Shown: positions 17,573-29,346, counted from the stretch's first letter. The stretch: DNA of 35,018 bases from an uncultured Burkholderiaceae bacterium (GCA_964608575.1 CAZSPW010000003.1:1-35018); one strand, 5' to 3'. Notes: generated from the letters alone by a model not told the origin. A program made the numbers and translations.

Positions 17573-17684
17573 GCGCGGCTGTGCGCTTTTTTGGACTTGG
17601 CGCATTTAAAAAATCAAGTTCATTAGTTCGAGGAGTTGCTCAGAACAGTTGCGCAACGCTAGCACTCGTAATTGGAGTTTTGCC

Positions 17685-18116
17685 ATGGCAAAGAAAATTG
17701 TCGGCTTTATCAAACTGCAAGTTCCTGCAGGTAAAGCCAATCCATCCCCCCCAATTGGTCCTGCGCTGGGTCAGCGCGGCCTGAACATCATGGAGTTTTG
17801 CAAGGCGTTTAACGCGCAAACTCAAGGTGTTGAGCCAGGATTGCCGCTGCCTGTGGTGATTACAGCTTTTGCTGATAAATCATTCACTTTTGTTATCAAG
17901 ACCCCGCCTGCTGCGGTTTTGATTAAAAAAGCCATCAAGCTGGACAAAGGCTCTGCTAAGCCTAATTCAGACAAGGTTGGCAAAATCACGCGCGCTCAGT
18001 TGGAAGAGATTGCCAAAGGTAAAATCAAAGACATGAATGCGGCTGATATTGATGCGGCTGTGCGTACGCTGGCTGGTTCTGCCCGCTCTATGGGTGTTAC
18101 GGTAGAGGGTCTGTAA
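17685..18116 (+). CDS. rplK: 50S ribosomal protein L11
   Basis: Internal ATG at 17685 follows [48 protein letters not shown] is the canonical L11 N-terminus. 143 aa. Confidence 0.95.
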   Translation: MAKKIVGFIKLQVPAGKANPSPPIGPALGQRGLNIMEFCKAFNAQTQGVEPGLPLPVVITAFADKSFTFVIKTPPAAVLIKKAIKLDKGSAKPNSDKVGKITRAQLEEIAKGKIKDMNAADIDAAVRTLAGSARSMGVTVEGL

Positions 18117-18118
18117 TC

Positions 18119-18814
18119 ATGGCAAAGTTGACTAAAAAAGCAAAAGCCCTACAAGGTGCGGTTGAATCTACCAAGCTGTACGCCGTAGGCGAGGCTTTGG
18201 GTTTGGTGCAAAAACACGCTACGGCCAAGTTCGATGAATCTATCGATGTGGCTGTGCAATTGGGTGTGGATGCTAAGAAATCTGACCAAGTTGTTCGCGG
18301 TGCGGTGGTTTTGCCTAACGGCACTGGTAAATCTGTGCGTGTGGCCGTTTTTGCCCAAGGCGCTAAGGCTGAAGAAGCTAAAGCCGCTGGCGCTGAAGTG
18401 GTGGGCATGGATGATTTGGCTGCCCAAGTTAAAGCTGGCGATATGCCCTTTGATGTGGTGATTGCAGCGCCTGATGCTATGCGTGTGGTGGGCACTTTGG
18501 GTCAAATCTTGGGTCCTCGTGGTCTGATGCCTAACCCTAAAGTTGGTACGGTTACGCCTGATGTGGCTAAAGCGGTTAAAGACGCTAAAGCGGGTCAAGT
18601 GCAGTTCCGCGTTGACAAAGCCGGCATTATTCACAGCACGATTGGTCGTCGTTCATTCTCTGCAGAGCAATTGCAAGGTAACTTGGTTGCGCTTTTGGAT
18701 GCTTTGAACAAAGCCAAGCCAGCTACCAGCAAAGGTCAATACCTGCGCAAAGTGGCAGTTTCTTCCACTATGGGCGTTGGTGTTCGTGTGGATGTAGGCT
18801 CTATCGCTGCATAA
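18119..18814 (+). CDS. rplA: 50S ribosomal protein L1
   Basis: 231 aa. [11 protein letters not shown]...[24 protein letters not shown] matches L1. The start is 2 nt after the rplK stop. Confidence 0.95.
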   Translation: MAKLTKKAKALQGAVESTKLYAVGEALGLVQKHATAKFDESIDVAVQLGVDAKKSDQVVRGAVVLPNGTGKSVRVAVFAQGAKAEEAKAAGAEVVGMDDLAAQVKAGDMPFDVVIAAPDAMRVVGTLGQILGPRGLMPNPKVGTVTPDVAKAVKDAKAGQVQFRVDKAGIIHSTIGRRSFSAEQLQGNLVALLDALNKAKPATSKGQYLRKVAVSSTMGVGVRVDVGSIAA

Positions 18815-19094
18815 AACTCAAGTCTTGCGGTTTTACTGCAAGCAAAAATTCGTGGGCTGTTTGGGGTGTTGCGCTTTGGTGTGATGTTTCAAGCAGGTCA
18901 TCGAAGACCGCTGATGCCCTTGGGCTTAATCGCAAAACTTGCTGAGTTTTGCAGTCAGCGTAGATGGTGCACGCAATAACCCAGTTGGTTTTTTGCCAAC
19001 CTAAATATTGAGTCGCTAAATTGAAGTGGCGCAAACGCTTTTCTTAAAGCAGTGGGATGAATAAGAAATTCGTTTGCATTTTCAGGAGAGTATC
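18815..19094 (+). promoter_or_regulatory. Structured rplJ (L10) leader region, probably holding the rplJL promoter and autoregulatory leader
   Basis: A 280-bp non-coding spacer before rplJ. It contains the hairpin GCAAAACT-TGCTG-AGTTTTGC (18932-18952) and a second hairpin GTTGG-TTTTTTG-CCAAC. By analogy with E. coli, L10-L7/L12 represses translation through a long rplJ leader. The structure was not modelled. Confidence 0.45.
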
Positions 19095-19589
19095 TTGGCT
19101 CTGAATCGTAGTGAGAAAGCAGCCGTCATCACTGAGGTGACCGCTCTCGCCGAGAAAGCCCAAACGCTCGTTTTGGCCGAATACCGTGGTATCACGGTTG
19201 CTGGCTTGACTCAGCTGCGCGTAAACGCTCGCAATTCAGGGGTGACCCTGGCGGTGTTGAAAAACACCTTGGCGCGTCGTGCAGTTGCGGGTACAGGTTT
19301 TGAATCTGTATCTGAGCAAATGACTGGCCCTTTGCTCTACAGCTTCTCTGAAGACGCTGTAGCAGCAGCCAAAGTTGTTGCTGAGTTTGCTAAAACGAAC
19401 GATAAGCTGGTTATCCGCGCTGGTGCCTACAACGGCAAAGCTTTGGATGTCAACGGCGTTAAAGAACTGGCAAGCATTCCTTCTCGCGAAGTATTGCTGG
19501 CGCAAGTTTGTGGCTTGTTGCAGTCGCCCGTGTCGTCTATGGCGCGCGTATTGGCTGCTTTGGCCGAGCAAAAAGGCGCAGCAGCTTAA
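19095..19589 (+). CDS. rplJ: 50S ribosomal protein L10
   Basis: TTG at 19095 lies 5 nt after AGGAGA; the track ORF starts at 19074. [14 protein letters not shown]...[16 protein letters not shown] is typical L10. Confidence 0.9.
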   Translation: MALNRSEKAAVITEVTALAEKAQTLVLAEYRGITVAGLTQLRVNARNSGVTLAVLKNTLARRAVAGTGFESVSEQMTGPLLYSFSEDAVAAAKVVAEFAKTNDKLVIRAGAYNGKALDVNGVKELASIPSREVLLAQVCGLLQSPVSSMARVLAALAEQKGAAA

Positions 19590-19640
19590 ATTTAAGCTGT
19601 TTGCATAAACGAGATTTATTCAATATTTAGGACAAACAAA

Positions 19641-20018
19641 ATGGCATTCGATAAAGACGCATTTTTGACCGCTCTGGACAGCATGAGCGTTATGGAACTC
19701 AATGAGCTGGTTAAAGCCATTGAAGAAAAATTTGGCGTGAGCGCTGCTGCGATGGCTGCTCCTGCTGCTGGCGGCGCTGCTGGCGGTGCTGCTGCTGCGG
19801 AAGAAAAAACCGAGTTTGACTTGGTTCTGACTGAAGCTGGTAGCAACAAAGTAGGCGCGATCAAAGCCGTGCGTGAAATCACTGGCCTGGGCTTGAAAGA
19901 AGCCAAAGACCTGGTTGATGGCGCACCAAAAACTTTGAAAGAAGCTATGCCTAAAGCTGATGCTGAAGCAGCTAAGAAAAAGCTGGAAGAAGCTGGCGCG
20001 AAAGCCGAACTCAAATAA
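19641..20018 (+). CDS. rplL: 50S ribosomal protein L7/L12
   Basis: 125 aa. It has the N-terminal dimerisation segment, an Ala/Gly hinge ([18 protein letters not shown]) and a C-terminal domain with [16 protein letters not shown]. Confidence 0.95.
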   Translation: MAFDKDAFLTALDSMSVMELNELVKAIEEKFGVSAAAMAAPAAGGAAGGAAAAEEKTEFDLVLTEAGSNKVGAIKAVREITGLGLKEAKDLVDGAPKTLKEAMPKADAEAAKKKLEEAGAKAELK

Positions 20019-20034
20019 TTCGGCTTGCCCGATC

Positions 20035-20075
20035 AAGGCTGAGGCTTCATTTAAAGGCCTCAGCCTTTTGTGCTT
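20035..20075 (+). terminator. rplL-rpoB attenuator / partial terminator
   Basis: 11-bp stem AAGGCTGAGGC / GCCTCAGCCTT followed by TTTTGTGCTTT, starting 17 nt after the rplL stop. Its position matches the known attenuator between rplL and rpoB in E. coli. Confidence 0.7.
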
Positions 20076-20109
20076 TATACAAGTCCTACTTAGATTTGGA
20101 TATCAAATT

Positions 20110-20150
20110 GGCATTTTAAGCCGCCAATTCTGCCTGAGTAGCTATCAAAA
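20110..20150 (+). repeat. Interspersed repeat, copy 3
   Basis: GGCATTTTAAGCCGCCAATTCTGCCTGAGTAGCTATCAAAA. There is one mismatch in the core (T for C). It lies in the rplL-rpoB spacer, about 35 nt after the attenuator hairpin. Confidence 0.7.
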
Positions 20151-20181
20151 TATAAGTGCTTACCGCTTGTATCGAGAGCTT

Positions 20182-20276
20182 ACAGTCAAGCCCCTTCGTT
20201 CAGAGGCTTGACTGTGTGCTTTCTCATTCGACTAGAGAGAGTGCCTTGGTTCGGATGCTGGTGCAAGGCCAGCATC
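20182..20276 (+). promoter_or_regulatory. Hairpin cluster in the rplL-rpoB spacer (candidate RNA processing or attenuation structures)
   Basis: 11-bp stem ACAGTCAAGCC / GGCTTGACTGT (20182-20215) and 8-bp stem GATGCTGG / CCAGCATC (20254-20276). E. coli has an RNase III site in the equivalent spacer. Any function here is inferred. Confidence 0.4.
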
Positions 20277-20393
20277 GTCTGCTAATGGCTGGTAGTGGCC
20301 AGCCGCCAAGTGTTGTGCGCGGATGCCCCTGCTCGGGCGTTTGTAAACAACCCCTAGTCGCCTTGATTCCAACTCTATCCATTCGGAGAATTC

Positions 20394-23300
20394 ATGGCTC
20401 AGGTTTCCCCTTCCAACTACACCTACACTGAACGCAAGCGTATCCGTAAGAACTTTGGTTCTCGCGACGCGGTTCTAGAAGTCCCTTACCTGCTGCAAAT
20501 GCAGCGTGATGCCTACACCACTTTTTTGCAAAAAGATGTGCCGCCTAAGCAGCGCGTCAACGAAGGTCTGCAAGCCTGTTTCTCTTCTGCTTTCCCCATC
20601 GTTTCGCATAACGGCTATGTTGAAATGAAGTTTGTCGAGTACAACCTCGCCAAGCCTGCTTTTGATGTGCGTGAATGCCAAACGCGCGGCCTGACTTTTG
20701 GCTCTGCTGTGCGCGCGCGCGTACAGTTGATCATCTACGACCGCGACTCTTCTACCGCATCTTCTAAAGTAGTCAAAGAGGTTAAAGAGCAAGAAGTCTA
20801 TATGGGCGAAGTGCCCCTGATGACAGATAAAGGCTCTTTCATCATCAACGGTACTGAGCGTGTCATCGTGTCTCAGCTGCACCGCAGCCCTGGCGTGTTT
20901 TTTGAACACGATAAAGGTAAAACACACAGCTCAGGCAAATTGCTATTCTCGGCGCGCATCATTCCGTATCGTGGCTCTTGGCTCGATTTTGAGTTCGATC
21001 ACAAAGACCTGCTCTACTTCCGCGTGGATCGTCGCCGCAAAATGCCTGTGAGCATTCTGCTCAAGGCCATCGGCATGACACCCGAATCCATCTTGGAAAA
21101 CTTCTTCATGTTTGATCAGTTCAAGCTGATGGAGTCAGGTGCACAAATGGCCTTTGTTGCTGAGCGCCTAAGTGGTGAAGTTGCTCGCTTCGACATCACC
21201 GACAAGAGCGGTAAAGTGGTTGTTGCCAAAGATAAGCGCGTGACCAAACGCCACACGCGCGAGTTAGAGCAATCTGGCACTACCCATATTAGTGTGCCTG
21301 AAGACTCGCTTTTAGGGCGTGTATTGGCGAAAAATGTCATTGACGCCGACACGGGCGAAGTCATCGGCAAAGCCAACGAAGAGCTGACCGAAGCACTCTT
21401 GAAAAAACTGCGTTCTGCAGGCATCCAAAACATCGAGTGTATTTACACCAATGAGCTCGACCACGGTGCTTACATCAGCCAAACTTTGCGCACCGATGAA
21501 ACGCAAGATGAAATGAGCGCGCGCGTAGCCATCTACCGCATGATGCGCCCTGGTGAGCCACCCACTGAAGATGCGGTGCAAGCCCTGTTCTTCCGCCTGT
21601 TCTACAACCCCGACACTTATGACCTGTCGCGTGTAGGCCGCATGAAATTCAACGCCAAAATTGGCCGCGAAGGTGCTGAAGGCGAAATGGTTTTGTCGAA
21701 TGAAGATATTTTGTCTGTAGTCAAAATCCTGGTGAATTTGCGTAACGGCCGTGGCGAAGTTGATGACATCGACCATCTTGGCAACCGCCGTGTGCGCTGC
21801 GTGGGTGAATTGGCCGAAAACCAATACCGCACAGGCTTAGCGCGTATCGAAAAGGCGGTGAAAGAGCGCCTGGGTCAAGCCGAACAAGAGCCGTTGATGC
21901 CGCATGACTTGATCAATAGCAAGCCGATCTCTGCTGCACTGAAAGAGTTCTTTGGCTCTTCGCAACTGTCGCAATTTATGGATCAGACCAACCCGCTGTC
22001 TGAAATCACGCACAAACGCCGTGTTTCAGCACTGGGCCCAGGCGGTTTGACGCGTGAGCGTGCAGGCTTTGAAGTGCGTGATGTGCATGTCACGCACTAT
22101 GGCCGTGTTTGCCCTATTGAAACGCCTGAGGGGCCAAATATTGGCCTGATCAACTCTTTGGCCTTGTATGCGCGCTTGAACGAGTACGGCTTTATCGAAA
22201 CGCCCTATCGTCGCGTAGTAGATGGCAAGGTTACCAATGAAATCGATTACCTCTCAGCCATTGAGGAAGGTAAATATGTCATTGCGCAGGCCAATACCGT
22301 TTTGGATAAAGATGGCAAGCTCACGGGTGAACTGATTTCCGCGCGTGATCAAGGTGAATCGGTATTGGTGACGGCCGATACGATTCAGTACATGGATGTA
22401 TCGCCCGCACAGATTGTTTCTGTGGCTGCGTCTTTGGTTCCATTCCTAGAGCACGATGATGCTAACCGTGCCTTGATGGGTGCGAACATGCAACGCCAAG
22501 CAGTGCCCACCTTGCGCCCTGAAAAAGCCCTGGTTGGTACGGGTATTGAGCGTGTTGCGGCTGTCGACTCGGGCACCGTGGTCACCGCCAATCGTGGTGG
22601 CGTGGTTGACTATGTCGATGCTACCCGCGTGGTGGTGCGCGTGAACGACAAAGAGGCTGTCGCAGGTGAAGTGGGCGTAGATATCTACTCCCTCATCAAA
22701 TATCAGCGCTCGAACCAAAACACCAATATTCACCAACGCCCTATCGTTAAAAAAGGTGATGTGATTGCCAAGGGGGATGTGATTGCCGATGGCGCTTCTA
22801 CCGATTTGGGAGAGTTGGCGTTAGGGCAGAACATGCTCGTGGCCTTTATGCCTTGGAACGGCTATAACTTCGAGGATTCGATCCTGATTTCTGAGCGCGT
22901 CGTGGCCGAAGACCGTTACACCAGTATCCACATCGAGGAATTGGTGGTGATGGCGCGCGATACTAAATTAGGCGCGGAGGAGATCACCCGCGACATTCCC
23001 AATTTGTCTGAAGTGCAGCTCAACCGTTTGGATGATTCCGGCATCATTTATGTGGGTGCCGAGGTCAAGCCTGGCGATACCTTGGTCGGTAAAGTCACGC
23101 CTAAAGGTGAAACTACGCTAACGCCAGAAGAGAAACTGCTGCGCGCCATCTTTGGTGAAAAAGCCTCTGATGTGAAAGACACCTCGCTGCGCGTAGATCA
23201 AGGCTCGGCTGGAACCGTGATTGATGTGCAAGTTTTCACGCGTGAAGGCATCGAACGCGATAAACGCGCACAGCAAATCATCGACGACGAACTCAAACGC

Positions 23301-24524
23301 TTCCGCATGGATTTGAATGATCAGATGCGTATTGTTGAAGCCGATGCGTTCGATCGTTTAGCCAAATTGCTCAGCGGCAAAATTGCTAACGGTGGCCCGC
23401 AAAAACTGGCCAAAGGCAGCAAAATTGATAAAGACTATCTGGCGTCAGTCGAGAAATACCACTGGTTTGACATTCGCCCTGCGGACGATACCGTAGCCAG
23501 CCAACTCGAATCCATCAAACTGTCGTTGGAGCAAACCCGCCACAGCTTTGATATGGCTTACGAAGAGAAGAAGAAAAAGCTGACGCAAGGCGACGAATTG
23601 CCCGCTGGCGTGCTGAAAATGGTCAAGGTCTATTTGGCCGTCAAACGCCGCCTGCAGCCTGGTGACAAAATGGCAGGCCGTCACGGAAACAAAGGCGTGG
23701 TATCGAAAATTGTGCCTGTTGAGGATATGCCTTACATGGCCGATGGCACGCCTTGCGATATCGTGCTCAATCCCTTGGGTGTTCCTTCGCGCATGAATAT
23801 CGGTCAGGTGTTGGAAGTGCATTTGGGCTGGGCCGCAAAAGGCTTGGGCCAGCGCATTGGTGACATGCTGCAACAAGAAGCCAAAGCGAGCGAAGTGCGT
23901 GGTTTCCTAGACAAGGTGTACAACGCCTCAGGGCACAAGGAAGATCTGGCCAAGCTCAGTGACGATGAAGTGCAAGCCATGGCCAAAAACTTGGCTGAAG
24001 GCGTACCTTTTGCCACTCCAGTGTTCGATGGTGCCAGCGAAGATGAAATCCGTGCCATGTTGAAGCTGGCCTATCCGGATGCCATTGCTCAGGCCAAGGG
24101 TCTGACTGACACCCGCACGCAGGCGCAGCTTTATGACGGCCGTACCGGTGACGCTTTCGAGCGTAAAACCACAGTCGGTTATATGCATGTGCTGAAACTG
24201 CATCACTTGGTCGATGACAAGATGCACGCTCGCTCTACAGGTCCTTATTCCCTTGTTACCCAGCAGCCTTTGGGTGGTAAAGCCCAGTTCGGTGGCCAGC
24301 GTTTCGGGGAGATGGAGGTCTGGGCGCTCAAAGCTTATGGCGCGTCTTACATCTTGCAAGAGATGCTGACCGTGAAATCCGATGATGTGCAAGGCCGTAC
24401 CAAAGTGTACGAAAGCATCGTCAAAGGTGAACACAGCATCGAGGCGGGCATGCCCGAATCATTCAATGTCTTGATCAAAGAGATTCGCTCTTTGGGCCTG
24501 GATATCGAACTGGAAAAAAACTAA
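20394..24524 (+). CDS. rpoB: DNA-directed RNA polymerase subunit beta
   Basis: 1376 aa. A GGAGA Shine-Dalgarno sequence is present. Hallmark blocks include [30 protein letters not shown] and [17 protein letters not shown]. Confidence 0.98.
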   Translation: MAQVSPSNYTYTERKRIRKNFGSRDAVLEVPYLLQMQRDAYTTFLQKDVPPKQRVNEGLQACFSSAFPIVSHNGYVEMKFVEYNLAKPAFDVRECQTRGLTFGSAVRARVQLIIYDRDSSTASSKVVKEVKEQEVYMGEVPLMTDKGSFIINGTERVIVSQLHRSPGVFFEHDKGKTHSSGKLLFSARIIPYRGSWLDFEFDHKDLLYFRVDRRRKMPVSILLKAIGMTPESILENFFMFDQFKLMESGAQMAFVAERLSGEVARFDITDKSGKVVVAKDKRVTKRHTRELEQSGTTHISVPEDSLLGRVLAKNVIDADTGEVIGKANEELTEALLKKLRSAGIQNIECIYTNELDHGAYISQTLRTDETQDEMSARVAIYRMMRPGEPPTEDAVQALFFRLFYNPDTYDLSRVGRMKFNAKIGREGAEGEMVLSNEDILSVVKILVNLRNGRGEVDDIDHLGNRRVRCVGELAENQYRTGLARIEKAVKERLGQAEQEPLMPHDLINSKPISAALKEFFGSSQLSQFMDQTNPLSEITHKRRVSALGPGGLTRERAGFEVRDVHVTHYGRVCPIETPEGPNIGLINSLALYARLNEYGFIETPYRRVVDGKVTNEIDYLSAIEEGKYVIAQANTVLDKDGKLTGELISARDQGESVLVTADTIQYMDVSPAQIVSVAASLVPFLEHDDANRALMGANMQRQAVPTLRPEKALVGTGIERVAAVDSGTVVTANRGGVVDYVDATRVVVRVNDKEAVAGEVGVDIYSLIKYQRSNQNTNIHQRPIVKKGDVIAKGDVIADGASTDLGELALGQNMLVAFMPWNGYNFEDSILISERVVAEDRYTSIHIEELVVMARDTKLGAEEITRDIPNLSEVQLNRLDDSGIIYVGAEVKPGDTLVGKVTPKGETTLTPEEKLLRAIFGEKASDVKDTSLRVDQGSAGTVIDVQVFTREGIERDKRAQQIIDDELKRFRMDLNDQMRIVEADAFDRLAKLLSGKIANGGPQKLAKGSKIDKDYLASVEKYHWFDIRPADDTVASQLESIKLSLEQTRHSFDMAYEEKKKKLTQGDELPAGVLKMVKVYLAVKRRLQPGDKMAGRHGNKGVVSKIVPVEDMPYMADGTPCDIVLNPLGVPSRMNIGQVLEVHLGWAAKGLGQRIGDMLQQEAKASEVRGFLDKVYNASGHKEDLAKLSDDEVQAMAKNLAEGVPFATPVFDGASEDEIRAMLKLAYPDAIAQAKGLTDTRTQAQLYDGRTGDAFERKTTVGYMHVLKLHHLVDDKMHARSTGPYSLVTQQPLGGKAQFGGQRFGEMEVWALKAYGASYILQEMLTVKSDDVQGRTKVYESIVKGEHSIEAGMPESFNVLIKEIRSLGLDIELEKN

Positions 24525-24548
24525 GGCAACAGGATAGAAAGGTAATCT

Positions 24549-27500
24549 ATGAATCTCTTACGCGACCTGTTCAAACAATTCACCCCAGATGAGCACTTCG
24601 ATGCCATCAAAATCGGTTTGGCTTCACCCGAGAAAATCCGTTCTTGGTCTTTCGGTGAAGTGAAAAAACCCGAAACCATCAACTACCGCACCTTCAAGCC
24701 TGAGCGCGATGGTCTGTTTTGTGCCAAGATTTTTGGCCCTATCAAAGACTATGAATGCTTGTGTGGCAAATACAAACGCCTGAAACACCGTGGCGTTATT
24801 TGCGAGAAGTGCGGCGTTGAAGTGACACAAACCAAAGTGCGCCGTGAACGCATGGGGCATATCGATTTGGCCGCGCCGTGCGCCCATATCTGGTTCCTCA
24901 AATCCTTGCCATCGCGTTTGGGTTTGGTGCTGGATATGACGCTGCGTGATATTGAGCGCGTGTTGTATTTCGAAGCGTATGTCATTGTTGATCCTGGCAT
25001 GACGCCTTTGAAGAAATTCTCCATCATGACGGAGGAAGACTTTGAGGCCAAATCGCAAGAGTACGGCGATGAATTCATTGCCAAAATGGGCGCTGAAGGC
25101 ATCAAAGAACTGCTGCAAAGCATAGATCTGGACAGCGAAATCGAACGCATCCGTGATGAGCTGGCTGCAGGTGGCTCTGAACTGCGCACCAAGAAAAACG
25201 CCAAGCGCCTGAAGGTGCTCGAAGCCTTCCGCAAATCGGGCATGAAGCCCGAGTGGATGGTGATGGAAGTGCTGCCTGTGCTGCCGCCTGATCTGCGCCC
25301 ACTGGTGCCGCTCGATGGCGGCCGTTTTGCCACATCTGACCTGAACGATTTGTACCGCCGTGTTATCAACCGCAACAGCCGCCTCAAGCGTCTGCTGGAG
25401 TTGAAAGCCCCGGACATCATTGCGCGCAATGAGAAGCGCATGCTGCAAGAGTCTGTGGATAGCCTGCTGGATAACGGTCGCCGTGGTAAGGCCATGACAG
25501 GTGCGAACAAGCGCACACTGAAATCTTTGGCCGACATGATCAAAGGTAAGTCTGGCCGCTTCCGCCAGAACTTGCTGGGTAAGCGCGTGGATTACTCTGG
25601 TCGCTCGGTCATTACTGTGGGCCCTACTTTGAAGCTGCACCAGTGCGGCCTGCCCAAGCTGATGGCGCTGGAGCTGTTCAAGCCCTTCATTTTTGCGCGC
25701 CTAGAGCAAATGGGCATCGCCACCACGATCAAAGCGGCTAAAAAAGAAGTCGAATCTGGCACCCCTGTGGTCTGGGATATTCTGGAAGAAGTGATACGCG
25801 AGCATCCCGTGCTGCTCAACCGTGCGCCTACGCTGCACCGCTTGGGTATTCAGGCGTTTGAACCGATCTTGATTGAAGGTAAAGCGATTCAACTGCACCC
25901 CTTGGTGTGTTCTGCCTTTAACGCCGACTTTGACGGTGACCAAATGGCGGTGCATGTACCTTTGTCGGTAGAGGCGCAGGTGGAAGCGCGTGTTCTGATG
26001 CTGGCATCGAACAATGTGCTGTTCCCCGCTTCTGGTGAGCCGTCTATCGTGCCTTCACAAGATGTGGTTTTGGGCTTGTACTACACCACGCGCGAACGCG
26101 TTAATGGCAAAGGCGAAGGCATGGTCTTTGCCGATGTAGGTGAAGTGCAGCGTGCTTTAGATAACGGCGTGGTGGAACTCACGGCTAAGATTACTGTGCG
26201 CCTGACCGAATGGAGCAAAGCAGCAGATAGCGAAGAATTTGTGCCTAGCACCAGTCTGGTGGAAACCACTGTTGGGCGGGCTTTGCTGTCCGAAATTTTG
26301 CCCAAGGGTTTGCCTTTCAGCGTGATGAATAAAGCGTTGAAGAAAAAAGAAATTTCTAAGCTCATTAATGCTTCTTTCCGCCGTTGCGGCTTGAAAGAAA
26401 CGGTGGTGTTTGCCGACAAGCTATTGCAAAACGGCTTCCGCTTGGCCACGCGCGCCGGTATTTCTATTGCGATTGATGATATGTTGGTGCCGCAAGAAAA
26501 ACACGGCATCATTTCGCGCGCGGAAGACGAAGTCAAAGAAATCGCGAACCAGTACGCATCAGGCTTGGTGACTGCTGGCGAGCGCTATAACAAAGTGGTC
26601 GATATTTGGGGTAAGGCTGGCGACGAAGTCTCTAAAGTGATGATGGCGCAGTTGGCCAAGGAAAAAACCCTGGATCGCAATGGCAAAGAAGTCGAACAAG
26701 AGTCCTTCAATTCGATTTATATGATGGCCGATTCAGGCGCGCGTGGTTCTGCCGCGCAGATTCGCCAGCTGGCAGGTATGCGTGGTTTGATGGCCAAGCC
26801 TGATGGCTCCATCATCGAAACCCCCATTACGGCCAACTTCCGTGAAGGCTTGAATGTATTGCAGTACTTTATTTCCACCCACGGTGCGCGTAAAGGTCTG
26901 GCAGATACGGCTTTGAAAACAGCCAACTCCGGTTATTTGACGCGCCGTTTGGTTGATGTCACACAAGACTTGGTTGTCACCGAAGACGATTGCGGCACGA
27001 CCAATGGCCAGCTCATGCGCGCTTTGGTCGATGGCGGTGAGGTGGTGGAGTCTTTGCGTGACCGCGTGCTCGGTCGTACTGCAGTCGAAGATGTTATCCA
27101 TCCTGAAACCCGCGAAGTGCTGATCAAAGCCGGTGAAATGCTCCAAGAAGATAACTTGGATTTGGTCGATGCCGCTGGCGTGGATGAAATCAAAGTTCGC
27201 ACCGTACTCAATTGCGAAACGCGCTTTGGCCTGTGTGCTAAGTGCTATGGCCGCGATTTGGGTCGTGGTGGCTTCATCAATTTGGGCGAGGCCGTTGGTG
27301 TGATCGCTGCGCAATCTATCGGTGAGCCTGGTACGCAGCTGACGATGCGTACTTTCCACATCGGTGGTGCAGCTTCGCGTGCAGCGATTGCTTCTAGCGT
27401 AGAGGCTAAGAGCAATGGCCTCATCAACTTCAATGCAACTATGCGCTATGTCAGCAACACTAAGGGTGAGCTGGTGGTGATTTCTCGTTCAGGCGAGATC

Positions 27501-28787
27501 ATCATTCAAGACGAACATGGCCGCGAGCGCGAGCGCCATAAAGTGCCTTATGGCGCGATCTTGACCATCAAGCCTGATGAGGCCATCAAGGCCGGCAAGA
27601 TTTTGGCCAACTGGGATCCACTGACGCGCCCCATCATTACCGAGTACGCCGGTCAAATCCAATTCGAGAATGTTGAAGAAGGCTTGACTGTTGCCAAGCA
27701 GGTGGATGATGTCACCGGCTTGTCTACCCTGGTGGTGATTGACCCCAAACGCCGTGGCTCGACCAAAGTGGTACGCCCACAGGTCAAGCTGTTGGATAAA
27801 GCTGGCAATGAAGTCAAGATTCCTGGCACTGACCATGCGGTAACCATTGGCTTCCAAGTCGGCGCCTTGATCCAAGTGCGCGACGGGCAAGAGGTGGGCC
27901 CAGGCGAAGTGCTGGCGCGTATTCCTATCGAGGGCCAGAAAACCCGCGATATCACGGGCGGTCTGCCACGCGTAGCTGAGCTGTTTGAAGCGCGTTCACC
28001 CAAAGACAAAGGCTTGCTGGCTGAAACTACAGGGACGATTTCTTTTGGTAAGGAGACCAAAGGCAAATTGCGCCTGCAAATCACTGACCCAGACGGCAAA
28101 GTTTGGGAAGAGCTGGTGCCCAAAGAGAAAAACATTTTGGTACACGAAGGCCAAGTGGTAAACAAGGGCGAGAGCATTGTGGACGGCCCAGCCGACCCGC
28201 AAGACATTCTGCGCCTGCTGGGCATGGAAGAGTTGGCGCGTTATATCGTGGACGAGGTGCAAGATGTTTACCGCTTGCAAGGCGTGAAGATCAACGACAA
28301 ACACATTGAAGTGATTGTTCGTCAGATGCTGCGCCGTGTGGTGGTAGAAGACGCTGGCGAATCAACCTACATCCCAGGCGAGCAGGTCGAGCGCAGTGAA
28401 ATTCTCGATACCAACGATGCACTACGCGCCGAAGGGAAGATGCCTGCTACTTTCAGCAATGTATTGTTGGGTATCACCAAGGCATCGCTGTCGACAGACT
28501 CTTTCATCTCAGCAGCCTCTTTCCAGGAGACTACTCGCGTTCTTACCGAGGCAGCGATTATGGGCAAGCGCGACGAGCTGCGTGGCCTGAAAGAGAATGT
28601 CATCGTAGGGCGCTTGATTCCTGCAGGTACGGGCTTGGCATTCCACCAGGCACGCAAAGCCAAAGAAGCTATGGACGAGGCCGAGCGTCGCGCCATTGTG
28701 GAAGCAGAAGAAGCCGAATTGGCCGCTGCCCAAGCAAGCGACGATGGTGCTGCCGAACAAGCTGCGGATGCGGGTGAATCTGCATAA
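24549..28787 (+). CDS. rpoC: DNA-directed RNA polymerase subunit beta'
   Basis: 1412 aa. It has the zinc-finger [23 protein letters not shown] and the catalytic [12 protein letters not shown] motif. Confidence 0.98.
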   Translation: MNLLRDLFKQFTPDEHFDAIKIGLASPEKIRSWSFGEVKKPETINYRTFKPERDGLFCAKIFGPIKDYECLCGKYKRLKHRGVICEKCGVEVTQTKVRRERMGHIDLAAPCAHIWFLKSLPSRLGLVLDMTLRDIERVLYFEAYVIVDPGMTPLKKFSIMTEEDFEAKSQEYGDEFIAKMGAEGIKELLQSIDLDSEIERIRDELAAGGSELRTKKNAKRLKVLEAFRKSGMKPEWMVMEVLPVLPPDLRPLVPLDGGRFATSDLNDLYRRVINRNSRLKRLLELKAPDIIARNEKRMLQESVDSLLDNGRRGKAMTGANKRTLKSLADMIKGKSGRFRQNLLGKRVDYSGRSVITVGPTLKLHQCGLPKLMALELFKPFIFARLEQMGIATTIKAAKKEVESGTPVVWDILEEVIREHPVLLNRAPTLHRLGIQAFEPILIEGKAIQLHPLVCSAFNADFDGDQMAVHVPLSVEAQVEARVLMLASNNVLFPASGEPSIVPSQDVVLGLYYTTRERVNGKGEGMVFADVGEVQRALDNGVVELTAKITVRLTEWSKAADSEEFVPSTSLVETTVGRALLSEILPKGLPFSVMNKALKKKEISKLINASFRRCGLKETVVFADKLLQNGFRLATRAGISIAIDDMLVPQEKHGIISRAEDEVKEIANQYASGLVTAGERYNKVVDIWGKAGDEVSKVMMAQLAKEKTLDRNGKEVEQESFNSIYMMADSGARGSAAQIRQLAGMRGLMAKPDGSIIETPITANFREGLNVLQYFISTHGARKGLADTALKTANSGYLTRRLVDVTQDLVVTEDDCGTTNGQLMRALVDGGEVVESLRDRVLGRTAVEDVIHPETREVLIKAGEMLQEDNLDLVDAAGVDEIKVRTVLNCETRFGLCAKCYGRDLGRGGFINLGEAVGVIAAQSIGEPGTQLTMRTFHIGGAASRAAIASSVEAKSNGLINFNATMRYVSNTKGELVVISRSGEIIIQDEHGRERERHKVPYGAILTIKPDEAIKAGKILANWDPLTRPIITEYAGQIQFENVEEGLTVAKQVDDVTGLSTLVVIDPKRRGSTKVVRPQVKLLDKAGNEVKIPGTDHAVTIGFQVGALIQVRDGQEVGPGEVLARIPIEGQKTRDITGGLPRVAELFEARSPKDKGLLAETTGTISFGKETKGKLRLQITDPDGKVWEELVPKEKNILVHEGQVVNKGESIVDGPADPQDILRLLGMEELARYIVDEVQDVYRLQGVKINDKHIEVIVRQMLRRVVVEDAGESTYIPGEQVERSEILDTNDALRAEGKMPATFSNVLLGITKASLSTDSFISAASFQETTRVLTEAAIMGKRDELRGLKENVIVGRLIPAGTGLAFHQARKAKEAMDEAERRAIVEAEEAELAAAQASDDGAAEQAADAGESA

Positions 28788-28822
28788 GCGCTGAATAAGC
28801 CCTCATAGGCTTGTAGCAAATC

Positions 28823-28852
28823 AAGGGTGGCCTGTAGGGGTCACCCTTTTTT
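28823..28852 (+). terminator. Intrinsic terminator after rpoC
   Basis: 10-bp stem AAGGGTGGCC / GGTCACCCTT (one G-U pair) with a 6-nt loop, followed by TTTTTT. Confidence 0.8.
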
Positions 28853-28862
28853 ATGGCCGTTG

Positions 28863-28920
28863 TTTTTGGGAGTGTTTTTAGCTTTTTAGGCCGTCAAAAC
28901 TGCCTGAGCAGCTATACTTT
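28863..28920 (+). repeat. Interspersed repeat, copy 4 (extended form)
   Basis: GCTTTTTAGGCCGTCAAAACTGCCTGAGCAGCTATACTTT (28881-28920). An upstream arm GTGTTTTT is shared with copy 5. It starts about 10 nt after the rpoC terminator. Confidence 0.75.
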
Positions 28921-28944
28921 TCACAAATAATCAGGAGGATAGAT

Positions 28945-29316
28945 ATGGAATACGATGTTGCACACTCAGCTGAGGTGGTAGAGGGGCGCTGTCACGCGGT
29001 GGAAGCGGGCGGCCGCAAAATTTTGCTCACGCGGGTGCAAGGCGTGGTGCAGGCGCTAGAGAATAAATGCAGCCATATGGGTATGAATATGGCCAAAGGC
29101 AAAATTGAAAATGGTGTGCTGCAATGCCCGTGGCATGGGGCTAAATTCGATCTATGTACGGGTGCCAATGTGGAGTGGGTACAGAATTTTCCTGGTGGTA
29201 TCAAAGCGCCAGAGTTCATGCACAAGCTCATTGCGATGGGCAAGCAACCCGCGCCACTGATGCATTTCAAAGCCGTTGAAGATGGCGGGCGAATTTTTGT
29301 TAGCCTTGATGTGTGA
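28945..29316 (+). CDS. Rieske (2Fe-2S) domain protein
   Basis: 123 aa. An AGGAGG Shine-Dalgarno sequence is present. The Rieske ligand motifs are CSHMG (CxH) and CPWHGAKF (CxxH), 20 residues apart. Confidence 0.8.
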   Translation: MEYDVAHSAEVVEGRCHAVEAGGRKILLTRVQGVVQALENKCSHMGMNMAKGKIENGVLQCPWHGAKFDLCTGANVEWVQNFPGGIKAPEFMHKLIAMGKQPAPLMHFKAVEDGGRIFVSLDV

Positions 29317-29326
29317 ACTTGGCTGG

Positions 29327-29346
29327 AGCCTGATCCTAATCAGGCT
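29327..29346. terminator. Hairpin between the convergent Rieske and methyltransferase-like genes
   Basis: 8-bp stem AGCCTGAT / ATCAGGCT with loop CCTA. A second hairpin ATGCCC-TGATC-GGGCAT lies at 29368-29384. There is no clear U-run, so terminator function is uncertain. Confidence 0.4.

Noticed and set aside
20248-20258. T-psi-C-like string GGTTCGGATGC in the rplL-rpoB spacer that could hint at a tRNA.
   Set aside because: No acceptor stem, D-arm or anticodon arm can be built around it. The string is part of the simple hairpin GATGCTGG/CCAGCATC.
24624-25640. Long antisense ORFs inside rpoC, rpoB, sucCD, nrdA and yidC. Examples: 24624-25640 (338 aa), 24749-25543, 26733-27359, 12789-13670, 21312-21824 and 23928-24434.
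   Set aside because: They are shadow ORFs opposite highly conserved genes. Their Arg/His/Ala/Gln-rich low-complexity translations carry no recognisable motifs, and such ORFs are expected at this GC content.
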